DNA of 64,000 bases from Octopus sinensis (lineage: Eukaryota): assembly GCF_006345805.1 (NCBI RefSeq), contig NC_042999.1:25854001-25918000 (forward strand). Direction: 5' to 3'. The notes under the pieces are model-generated. The model was not told the DNA's origin, made no database searches, and saw nothing but the letters and a program-made list of their open reading frames with translations. The translations under genes were made by a program, and so were the position numbers. Below are positions 1-9,755 of this stretch, piece after piece. The stretch's first letter is position 1. The number at the start of each line of letters is the position of its first letter.

Positions 1-1219
1 ATACAGTTGGTGGTCTCAAAGCATTGCCTTCACAGCTGGAGAAGTCTATGACCATCGACTTACCAACCAGCCCGCATTGGTTCCGCTTAGTTTAAGGAAA
101 TGTCAGTGAAGTATATTGACAATACAAGGTCTCTTGATATACAAATGACCACGAGACCTAGTTAAAACACTTGACTACAGGTTAATAAACCGACAACGAC
201 GACGAGGACGACAACTACAACAACAACATTCATAACTCACATTGATATAACAATCTTTATAATAATTACTGAGAATTAGTAAGAAACAGTTTGCCCAATA
301 ATTGAATTAATTATTCGTTTAGCATTGATAACGTCTGCTTAGATAGCGAACAATATTGAGATAGGAGAGAACTATGTAACACATTTCGTGTGAGACTAGT
401 AACAGCAAATGAATATATTACAGAATTGGATACAACTAATTTAATGTAGTTTTTAATGAGGATATTATCAGATCAAGACAGTTCAGTATAAAGTGCATGT
501 ACACTCCCCACACAAACACTCACATAAACGCTGAAAACATAATCTCTGACATATTCCCGTACATGTAAATATGGAGGTGTTATTTCCGATCTCACATTTA
601 CTGCTGATTGCAACCACTTGCAAAACGATATAGCGATAAATAAGATAAAGTTGGTTATAATTATATCAACAACATACACAGAAATATTAATAGTTATACA
701 CTAAGTATTTATATAGATGCATACGCTAATAAACAAATTTCGATTAAGCTATCATATATACTCAAACACATTGTCTGTGCAATGTATCAAGCTGCAGCTA
801 TAACATATCAACAACAATATATTTTGGTGACGAATTGAACATCTGCGTCCATTATCATGTGCATTCCTTCTGCAATTTATCTCTTGCCCAGTGATGTTTT
901 TATCTAATCTGTTAAGACATTACTTCTTATACACAATTACAAATATCAGCATTTTCACAAAAGCTAATGAACCAGGAAATCGGAGGCACAAGATATAGTT
1001 ACGAAGTGCATCCCAGTAGTTTTTAGAGTATTTGAAGGGAGAGAGTTATAACTGCCTTAGACTATTGCATTTTAGAATATGATTAGTATACATCTAATAA
1101 GGTGACTTGCCAACGCTTTTTTTCCTAAATTACAGATTGAAAGAGACAGCTGTAACAGCAATTACAACGTACATTACTTGTCACATTGCTTGTTACAGGT
1201 GGCAAGTTTTCAAAATTCA

Positions 1220-1945
1220 TTCGAGACGTGAAAACAACTTGGAAGCTCGCTATGACCAAAAACGCTACGAAAGCGTATGAAATACACGAAACTAATTGTA
1301 TGAGCCAAACATCTGTTTATATCGGGCTCAAGAGTCTCCCGGAAGATAAAGAGGAGGTGATGGGCGATAACAGGCGAGAAAACGAGAGGGGCATCAGAAC
1401 ATCAGAGCTTTAGATGAAGACTGTTGGGTGTCTATAAAATAAGTAAGCATACGGTTTGTAGTTAGTGTGGCATATGTATATAGAATTATTCATGATGTTA
1501 CGAACAAATGAGTCCAAAGATATTTGCTAGGGGGCTCAGAGATGAACAAAAAGAAGTAGGCATTGGTGGCAACATAGAAGTGCTGGGGCTCCTTACCTTT
1601 GGCGCACAATGACTTGAGTCTCTGCCGATCAGTACTGGATCTGCTTTTATGATCTAGAGACTAAGAGACAGAGTGCTCAATGGAATCATCCTGGCTCCCC
1701 AAGATCCAAGAAGGACAGGCGAAACTAATCTACCGGGAAACTCATGGTTATCTCCTTTTATCGACAGTAAGGAAATCATTTATATCTATTGGCCAGTCGG
1801 TCAACAAAAATGTCAACAAAGTGCCCAGGAAGATATTTCGTCGCAATAGACCAGAGCTGCATCGCTGGAGCAATACACCAGTCCACAATTCAATCTAGGT
1901 AACCAATTACTTGACAAAGTTTAGCATCAAAACTTCCCTTACACT
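1220..1945 (+). mobile_element. Decayed mariner (Tc1/mariner) transposase remnant
   Basis: Translation across stops and frameshifts: KNATKAYE...CMSQTSVY, IFARGLRDEQKE, WICFYDLETKRQSAQWNHPGSPRSKK, GQSVNKN...FRRNRPEL...NTPVHNSI*VTNYLTKFSIKT. These match mariner motifs recalled as WIYCYDPETKRQSSQW and DNAPVHNSI. No TIRs recognised. Confidence 0.9.
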
Positions 1946-2924
1946 CCCTACAGAAAGTGCGAGAGAGTGAATTTGAGAGGGGAGAGGACAAGCGAGGGAG
2001 AGGTAGAGAGAGAGAGGGAGATGGAGAGAGGGGGAGAAAGATAGAGAGAGAGTAGAGAGGAAGAGAGAGTGTGTGTATGAGAACAAGAGAACGAGACAAA
2101 GAGAGAAAGGGAGAGGTGTTAGATAAGTTCTGCGGAGTCAACAAGAATAGTAGAATCCAGTACATGCCCTTTTTTATCTGCAGAAGAATGAAAAATGGCA
2201 CGGAATTTGGTAATTGCTATGGGTTATTTTATAACTTTCCTTCGATTATTCGTACATACAAATATATATCTGTGTATTTGTGCGTACGTGTGAGTGTGAG
2301 AGTGCATGCATGCGTGCGCGTCTGGGTGTAAAGAATTATGCAGTAACCAACTTGTGTATTAAATATAGAAAACTTAGAAATAAACTAATCATTCTCGAAA
2401 ATGACATTTCGATGAAAATGTGGAACTAAAATCGCATGAATACAAGAAAGATGTCCATTTGAAAAAACAAAGCGCCTCATACATATCTTTACATAATCTT
2501 TTGTTCACATTTTCAGTGAGAAGGCTCTTTTACATTATTCTCTGATATATAATTATAAAATATTCAAAACCATGCATTTGCAAATTATTGTAAATGAGAG
2601 TGGTAAGAAGAGAAAAGAATTATTGATGCAAAGACAAGAGATTTCAACTTGGCTTTGTCTATAGATCGAAGGAGTTGATACGCGACAAGTGTTGACCAAT
2701 TGTAAAAGAGGGTTTGAACCTTAGGAATGTGTACTTTCAGGGTTGGTATATGCAAATGGATTATCCACAATTCTTTGAAGCTACATTTCGATTGATATTC
2801 TAGTTGTATTGATGATATTCCAATTCATTTTGACAAAAGCATTTTGCAATGAATTAGCATTGGCGTTGGAATAATTTTCGTTAAAATAAATTGGCCATTT
2901 AAAGACGTTGCTCTAGAGGTTTCT

Positions 2925-3078
2925 CTTTATTTTCTCTCCTTGTTCCTTTCTGTGTTCTTTTCTGTGGAAGAGCGTAGGTTCGAAACGTAAAAGACTTTTT
3001 CACTTCCCGAGCGTTATACTAATGCATCTGTTCGTTGTCTACACCACCTGTCTTCGTCTTTTTTGTGAATTCTCCCTA
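2925..3078 (+). mobile_element. PLE-derived terminal repeat fragment (family C) carrying a hammerhead motif, abutting (TA)n
   Basis: Shares GAAGAGCGTAGG(C/T)TCGAAACGTAAAAGAC...CACCTGTCTTCGTCTT with six other copies in the window. Confidence 0.75.
2958..2993 (+). ncRNA. Minimal type I hammerhead motif, family C variant core
   Basis: UUUU-CUGUGGA-A-GAGC(GUAG)GUUC-GAAACGUA/AAAG. Stem I UUUU:AAAG, stem II 4 bp, stem III is the ACGU palindrome. Predicted cut after 2989. Confidence 0.6.
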
Positions 3079-3643
3079 TATATATATATATATATATATT
3101 TACGGTTAACATGGAAAATTCAATAAACAGTTACCAGGGTAGCAACATTCACGCAAGTAACAACTGCGTTCAACTCCATTTATTTACTTATATATATATA
3201 TATATATACATACACACATACTTATATATATAAGCATATACGTATATAAGTATATATGTATACATATAAGCAAATTAGCCAGTAGTAAAAACTCAAAAAG
3301 AGAGCAGAGTAGAAACCGTATTAACCACTGAAGCTAATAGCTACATCAAAGTGGTTGTTCCATGTTACTATTAGTAACATGCCAATTTTTCCGCCAACTG
3401 GCTATCGGTGCAGACTGCACACTGAGCATACATATACATTGCTTGAAGCGTTTAAACTAGTAGTAATATGGAATATACACTTTGATGTGGTGATTAAATT
3501 TACAGGTTAGTACATTTAGTCACTACTATGATCTCTTCTTGAGATTTTACAACTAGCTACTTTCTTGCAAATCGGTGACCTCTTTGTTTACTACAAATTG
3601 CTGGCTGGAGTGGAATCGGACTGTCTCTCTAGCGACGAGGTGC

Positions 3644-3693
3644 TTGCGACTGAAGATGAGCCAAACCAGCTCGAAACTGAGTCAGTCTCGCGA
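3644..3693 (+). ncRNA. Type I hammerhead ribozyme, near-canonical
   Basis: UUGCGA-CUGAAGA-U-GAGC(CAAACCA)GCUC-GAA-ACUG(AGU)CAGU-C/UCGCGA. Stem I 6 bp (one U.G), stem II 4 bp, stem III 4 bp, GUC triplet. Predicted cut after 3687. Confidence 0.8.
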
Positions 3694-3739
3694 TCCTGTT
3701 GTCTGTTACGGAATGGTAGGCGTCCGACACCTTCTAGGA

Positions 3740-3810
<71 letters not shown>

Positions 3811-3964
3811 TGCAGTATTGCACCGATAATCAGCTGATGCAAGATCTGCACTTAAACTTGTAGTAACATGGAACAGCAACTTTGATGTTGCCATTAACGT
3901 TACTGGTATATGTGTTATATATATATATATATATATACATATAGTAATGTTTATATGCCATTAT

Positions 3965-4080
3965 CACGTAGCAGTCTTGTAAAGAATGATGTTACTGTCA
4001 TTTTAGCCCCAGCTTTTCCAGCTGGCTGACGACACACAATCTGTATATAGCATTTGCAAGGGAGTTCATCGCTGCAATCT
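3965..4080 (+). repeat. Short dispersed repeat, family unknown; second copy inverted at 6885-6995
   Basis: AATGATGTTACTGT...TTTTCCAGCTGGCT(G/A)ACGACACACA...GCATTT(G/C)CAAGGGAG(T/G)TCATCGCTGC is shared with the reverse complement of 6885-6995. Confidence 0.7.
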
Positions 4081-4096
4081 ATATATATGTATATAC

Positions 4097-5053
4097 ATGC
4101 AGCTCGAGATGGACAGGTTCTAATCAGCCTGTGACAACTTCGGTCTCACCATCAATGCCAAGAAAACCGAAGTGATGTTTCAGCCAGCCCCCGGCAAACA
4201 ATACCATGAGCCTCAGATAAGGGTGAACGGACGGATCCTACGAGTGGTGGAAAACTTCACCTACCTGGGCAGCACTCTCTCCTGCAATGCCAACATAGAT
4301 GCTGAAACCATCAACAGAATCTCCAAGGCAAGCAGCGCGTTTGGGAGACTGCGCAAGAAAGTCTGGGAGCGGAGAGGAATCAGCCTCAACACCAAGCTGA
4401 AAGTCTACCGGGCAGTCGTGCTTACCACCCTACTATACGCTGCGAGACGTGGACTGCTTACCGAAGGCACGAGCGCCAGATAAACCACTTCCATCTCAGG
4501 TGTCTTCGGAACCTCCTTCACATCCGCTGGCAGGACAAAGTCCCAGACACGGAAGTTCTGAAGCAGGCAGATCTCCCTAGCACCATCACAATCATGCGCA
4601 AGGCCCAGCTGAGATGGGCGGGCCACGTCTCCCGCATGTCCGACACTCGCATCCCAAAACAGCTCTTCTACGGTGAACTCGGCCAGGGCAGGCGCAAAGT
4701 CGGAGGGCAGAAGAAGCGCTACAAGGATAGTCTCAAGGTCTCTCTCAAAGACTTCTCCATCGGAACAGAGACCTGGGAGACACTTGCTGCCAACCGCTCA
4801 TCCTGGCGCAGCGCAATCACCGTGGGAGCAGGGACAGCCGAGGAGGGACGGATTCGGTCAGGGGAGCAGAAACGTCAGATGCGTAAAGCCAGAGCCGCCT
4901 GCACCAGTAGCACGGCCCCTACCCACTTCTGCCCCACCTGTGGGAGGGGCTTCCTTGCCCGGATTGGCCTCACCAGCCACCTCCGGTCTCATGGCGGAGG
5001 TTCCATCAGATGATGTCAGTTGGTCATCTTCGAACCGAAGGACGAACATAATA
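4097..5053 (+). mobile_element. 5'-truncated RTE-clade LINE (RT C-terminus, C2H2-like tail, 3' UTR)
   Basis: MQLEMDRF*SACDNFGLTINAKKTEVM...FTYLGS...RISKASSAFGRL...LLY[fs]CETWT...QLRWAGHV...RIPKQLFYGEL...[21 protein letters not shown]. One stop and one frameshift. 3' stem-loop CTTCG-AAC-CGAAG. Clearly GC-richer than its flanks. Confidence 0.95.
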
Positions 5054-5065
5054 ATATACATACAA

Positions 5066-5127
<62 letters not shown>

Positions 5128-5429
5128 ATATATGTGGGGGGGGATATATTTATATATGTATGTGTATATATAAACATGTATATATATATGTATTTATATA
5201 CTTTCATACATGTACAATACACACACACACCACATACATACCTGCATAGTTTTAGGTATCAATTTAACAGCTTCATCTCAGCATTCAAGGAAGCTATAAA
5301 TAGAATTATGGTAGTTCTTGCTGATTTTTCTGGTCATTTTGAAACACTGAGTTGGACCTGAGCAACAATTACAAAAGCAGTATATCTTTAGCAATAATAA
5401 TAATAGTAATCTTTTCTATAATATGCGCG

Positions 5430-6070
5430 AGTACTGAAATTTGGGGGCGGAGACGAGTGGATTACGTGAACCTCAGTACTTGACTGATACTTAATTTATC
5501 AACCCTAAATGGATGAAAGGGAAAGCCGATGACCGTGGAATTTGAGTTCAAGCCTTAAAGCCGGAATAAATGACACTAAGAGTTTTCTCTGACGAAGTAA
5601 CAGTTCTGCAGTGGAGGCACAATGGCCCACATGGTTAGGGCAGCGAATTCGCGGTCATAGGATCGCGGTTCCGATTCCCAGACCGGGCGTTGTGAGTGTT
5701 TACTGCGCGAAAACACCTAAAAGCTCCACGAGGCTCCGGCAGGGGATGGTGGTGATCCCTGCTCTACTCTTTCACCACAACTTTCTCTCACTCTTACTTC
5801 CTGTTTCTGTTGTACCTGTATTTCAAGGGGCCGGCCTTGTCACTCTCTGTGTCACGCTGAATATCCCCGAGAACTACGTTAAGGGTGCACGTGTCTGTGG
5901 AGTGCTCAGCCACTTACACGTTAATTTCACGAGCCGGCTGTTCCGTTGATTCGGATCAACCGGAACCCTCATCGTCGTAACCGACGGAGTGCTTAAGAGA
6001 ACAGTTCTGCAAGCTTTCTAGAATAGGCACAAGCTCTGCACTGCCTTACCCTGAAGTTTGGAGGAGGTGA
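5430..6070 (-). mobile_element. tRNA-derived SINE (MetaSINE-like central domain), interrupted by a younger SINE
   Basis: Reverse strand reads ...GAACTCAAATTCCACGGTCATCGGCTTTCCCTTTCATCC...GATAAATTAAGTATCAG; homologous to 42230-42420 and 58510-58700. The superfamily name is from memory. Confidence 0.6.
5611..5999 (+). mobile_element. tRNA-derived SINE (probably octopus OR-type), full length with 12-bp TSD
   Basis: A-box TGGCCCACATGG, B-box-like GGTTCCGATTCC; TSD AACAGTTCTGCA at 5599-5610 and 6000-6011. Confidence 0.9.
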
Positions 6071-6639
6071 TTAGTCTATCATGACGATTCCAGTGCTAAA
6101 CTTCCGCACATTTTATCGACTCTCAAAAATCAAATATGGCCGTAAACAACCGAAAGAAATATTCCTAAGCCTTATACCTGACACGCCATTGATTTTGCAA
6201 GTTCTCCACCATAAGATTATAATATGTATACGAAATATTCCTTTTTTTCATGTGCTTATGAATGTGTATTCGCTATATGTTAGCAGAAATATAATATATT
6301 TAAAAGAAACTAAATCCGCAAAATATTTTGGTGATAATTAAGACCTGTCTATTAAAAAAAAAATCTTGTGAAAAATCGCGCCACTGTTTCCTGAATTATT
6401 CTACATATAGCAAATGATCAATTTCGCGTGAGTGAAAGGATTCAACTTAATTTGTGACTCTGACATTGTCAGGATGAAGCTTTGGCTGCCAGCTCATTTA
6501 GACTTAATTACGTGCAAATCACACCGGATCTGCATTATTATTAATCTCGAAGAGAATTAATTAAAAAGGAAATACACAACCGGATTACTGATTTGCTACT
6601 CATTCTCTATTATTGAATTATATTTATATTACAGCTGCT

Positions 6640-6820
6640 GCTCTTCTTCTTCTTTTTCTTCTTCTTCTCTTCTTCTTCTTCTTCTTCTTCTTCTTCTTCT
6701 TCTTCCTTCCTGTCTCTTCTTCTTCTCTTCTTCTTCTTCTTCTTCTTCTTCTCTTCTTCTCTTCTTCTTCTTCTCTTCTTCTCTTCTTCTCTCATTATTA
6801 TTATTATTATTATTATTTGG
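6640..6820. repeat. Compound (CTT)n/(ATT)n microsatellite
   Basis: Visible directly; source of the poly-E/K and poly-L/F ORFs. Confidence 0.95.
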
Positions 6821-6884
6821 CGGTGAGCCACTGCTCGGAATCGTAGTCGGAATCTTGGGGTTAGTAGTATATATATAGTTGGCA

Positions 6885-6995
6885 GCGATGACCTCCCTTG
6901 GAAATGCTTACGGACACAGACTGTGTGTCGTTAGCCAGCTGGAAAATATGATATCCTGCGGCCAAAATAACAGTAACATCATTATTTACCAGACA
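6885..6995 (-). repeat. Second copy of the 3965-4080 dispersed repeat
   Basis: Reverse-complement homology to 3965-4080. Confidence 0.7.
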
Positions 6996-7004
6996 GCTGC
7001 TGGT

Positions 7005-7040
7005 AATAATAATAATAATAATTATTATTATTATTATTAA

Positions 7041-7071
<31 letters not shown>

Positions 7072-7093
7072 GTTGTTGTTGTTGTTGTTATTG

Positions 7094-7130
<37 letters not shown>

Positions 7131-7155
7131 CATCATCATCGATATTATTATTATT
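7005..7155. repeat. Compound (AAT)/(ATT)/(GTT)/(CAT) microsatellite
   Basis: Visible directly. Confidence 0.95.
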
Positions 7156-7204
7156 GAGTGAGATAGCAGTGCATGCTATCAATATGACACTGGGGTAAAA
7201 TATA

Positions 7205-7694
7205 GGAAGCGCAGTGTAACCGTCGTTACTACCTGTCAGGTAATGATGCACCAGGCACATGCATCACATCCATATGTGTGCGACATGGTCATCTCATACC
7301 AAGATAAACAGCACATGACCTTGTAGGTGGGTCCCAGTTAGAATTTTCTTCTGGTCGAGTAGCCTATCCCGCTCAAAAGGTCCCTGAATAAGGATTGTTT
7401 AAGGGTGATGAACGAACCGCCTATGTTTCCAAAGATGAATAATCCAAACCACTAAGACTTCCTTTCAACATACGGCTATGATGGTCACCCACTACTTCTG
7501 CTTGTGATCGTCAGCCACCAAGGGACATACTCAACTGGTTAAGGCCAAGCAACTGACAAGCAAATCCGTTGTATTGAGCAGAATATTTGCTGTAGTCCAT
7601 CTTTTATACCAAGACAAAATAATTTACGTGATAACACTTCCAATCAGTTAAGATCAGCAGCCAGGAGAGCCACTGCCTGGTACTGCATCAGGGC

Positions 7695-7695
<1 letters not shown>
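7205..7695 (+). repeat. Probable dispersed repeat (retroposon 3' region) ending in (TTA)n
   Basis: GC-richer block ending ...GAGAGCCACTGCCTGGTACTGCATCAGGGCA followed by (TTA)n. Recalled as an abundant octopus repeat; single copy here. Confidence 0.45.
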
Positions 7696-7737
<42 letters not shown>

Positions 7738-8789
7738 TGCAGTAGTAGTAATAATGATAGTTGTAGTAGTAGTAGTGGTGATGCTAATTGTACAAGTAGA
7801 AAGAAAGCCGAAACAGAAGTGAATAGACTTAATGTTATGTGCTCAGTTATGCTTGCTTGGTTTAGAATGTTGCTTGGTCTCGGAGAGACTATGAAGGTAA
7901 CGGATACAACCTTTTCTTCTATAATAACCCAATACAAAATATTTACATAACATCGCACAGTACTTTGAGTAAGAGATTTCTATTACAGCCTATAGTTGGA
8001 CGAAATCCCTTTGGATTGAAGTTCCTTTGAGAACATCAGTGTGTGGTACCGCGGAAGGCATCGTTCCTTTTCTTGTATGGTATATTTAATCTAATTGGAA
8101 CCAATCTGGACAACCTAGGTTCTTTCTCATCGAATTCTCATCACGTCTTACATTTTTGGGGTTGGACATATGTGATGATAATGGTCTATGATGCACAGCT
8201 CCTTATAGTGAGGAATGTTGTTTACACCAGTAAAGTCTTTCATAATTGCTCTTTGATCATCGCTTGGCCTGGGCTAAGTACTAATAAAATGACAGTCATT
8301 CGATTTCGTTTCCCGATATGACATGTTCGACTTAAAACTGGTAAAAATGTCAATTAGAAATGTATAATTATGAAGTAAGATTTCGTAATAACCAAATTAC
8401 TAGCCAAATTATCTCGGCAATATAATATTTTTAACGGCAAATGTTGCTAATTATCAGACTTGCATGCTTCAATGGTAACACTTTTGTTTTTATAGTTTTA
8501 TTATCGATTGACGTGTGCCAGGCCTCTAGGCAGATAAAGAGACACCATGTCAATCTGAAAAAAAAGTCATCTATTAGCTATTTACTGGAATGCAGTTTTA
8601 TAAACATTGTGATAACATTTTCTAAATTGAGTTTAAAAAAATAAGAGATAAATGCTCATTCATTTGTGGCACTCAATGTTGATTTATTTTATATGGGCAC
8701 ACACACGCATGCACGCGCACACACAAATAGGTACACTCACACACACACACACACACACATATATGTATATATATATATATATATATATA

Positions 8790-8935
8790 GGGCGAGTTTA
8801 CGAAAGAAACAAAACAAAAGACGAAGACAGGTGGTGTACAAAACAAACGGTCAGGAATAGAAAAAAGTCTTTTACGTTTCGAACCTACGTTCTTCTACAG
8901 AAAAAACAAGGAGAGAAAAAAAAAGGAGAGAAAAA
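8790..8935 (-). mobile_element. PLE family C terminal repeat fragment with hammerhead motif (8867-8906)
   Basis: Reverse complement: UUUU-CUGUAGA-A-GAAC(GUAG)GUUC-GAAACGUA/AAAGAC; (TA)n on both sides. Confidence 0.75.
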
Positions 8936-8961
8936 ATATATATAAGAATTTTTTGCTTAAT

Positions 8962-9285
8962 AAGATAAAAAACCAAGGCTGTGTAGATATAGACCATTTA
9001 TAGATAGAAGGTCGTACAGCTGGAGACAGTGCGAGAGGATAGATAAGTCATAGTTAGTTAAGATGTGATACAAAATGGAGAGTGAGGTGGAGGAAAGAAA
9101 ATAGATACAAGATATGTATGGCTGTTGAAGTTGTAAATCTATTTTTTAGGCATAATATTATATATGCAATATTCCAATATCCTATGGGTAACGTCCAAAA
9201 GTCCAACAGAGTTTAAATTGAGTCCATCCAAATATAGAGTTTATAAACAATGTAAGATACCCTTATGAGTGAGATCCATATATGA

Positions 9286-9290
<5 letters not shown>
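8962..9290. repeat. (TA)n-associated repeat; first ~50 bp shared with 38658-38710
   Basis: GATAAAAA(A)CCAAGGC(T/A)GTGTAGA...CATTTATA(T/A)ATAGAA occurs at both sites. Confidence 0.5.
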
Positions 9291-9340
<50 letters not shown>

Positions 9341-9349
9341 ATAATAATA

Positions 9350-9601
9350 AATATTAGGGAGAATCCAAAATTACAGGAAAAATCAGATTTAGGGTTAAAT
9401 CCAATTTTATAGTAAAATATTATATAATATAATTCGAGACAATTTGATACTGATTAGAAGATCGAAAATCCACCTGAAGATTGTCGAGCAGACATGAAAC
9501 ATTTGTAGTGGCGGTTTATTTAATTTATATTAAAATTTTATTATTGATTAAGTCTTTCCTTGTTTGGTTTTAAAATAGTGGTTTTGTCTCGAATTATATT
9601 A

Positions 9602-9610
<9 letters not shown>
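9350..9610 (+). mobile_element. Short PLE family B element: inverted repeat plus hammerhead, in (TA)n
   Basis: Homologous to both ends of 22550-23858; inverted arms ATATAATATAATTCGAGACAA / TTGTCTCGAATTATATTATAT. Confidence 0.75.
9470..9511 (+). ncRNA. Type I hammerhead motif, family B (short stem III)
   Basis: CCAC-CUGAAGA-UUGUC(GAGCA)GACAU-GAA-AC(AUUU)GU-A/GUGG. Predicted cut after 9507; first stem II pair is a U-U mismatch. Confidence 0.65.
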
Positions 9611-9661
<51 letters not shown>

Positions 9662-9723
9662 ATATATATATGTGGTGTGGTGTGTGCATTTATGTATGTA
9701 TATATACACGCACAAATATATAT

Positions 9724-9755
9724 ACTATCTGAATGACCCGGTGTTTCCGGGGGTG
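9724..9755 (-). mobile_element. Possible Helitron 3' end (hairpin plus degenerate CTAG)
   Basis: CCCGG-TGTTT-CCGGG hairpin ~10 nt before ATAG|T on the minus strand. Confidence 0.3.

Noticed and set aside
1597-1653. Apparent minus-strand exon with good AG and GTAAG sites
   Set aside because: It lies inside the plus-strand mariner transposase relic.
9008-9030. Possible core-deleted hammerhead remnant (minus strand GTCTC-CAGCTGTA-CGAC)
   Set aside because: No CUGANGA or GAAA is present; the idea rests only on my recollection of a family consensus.
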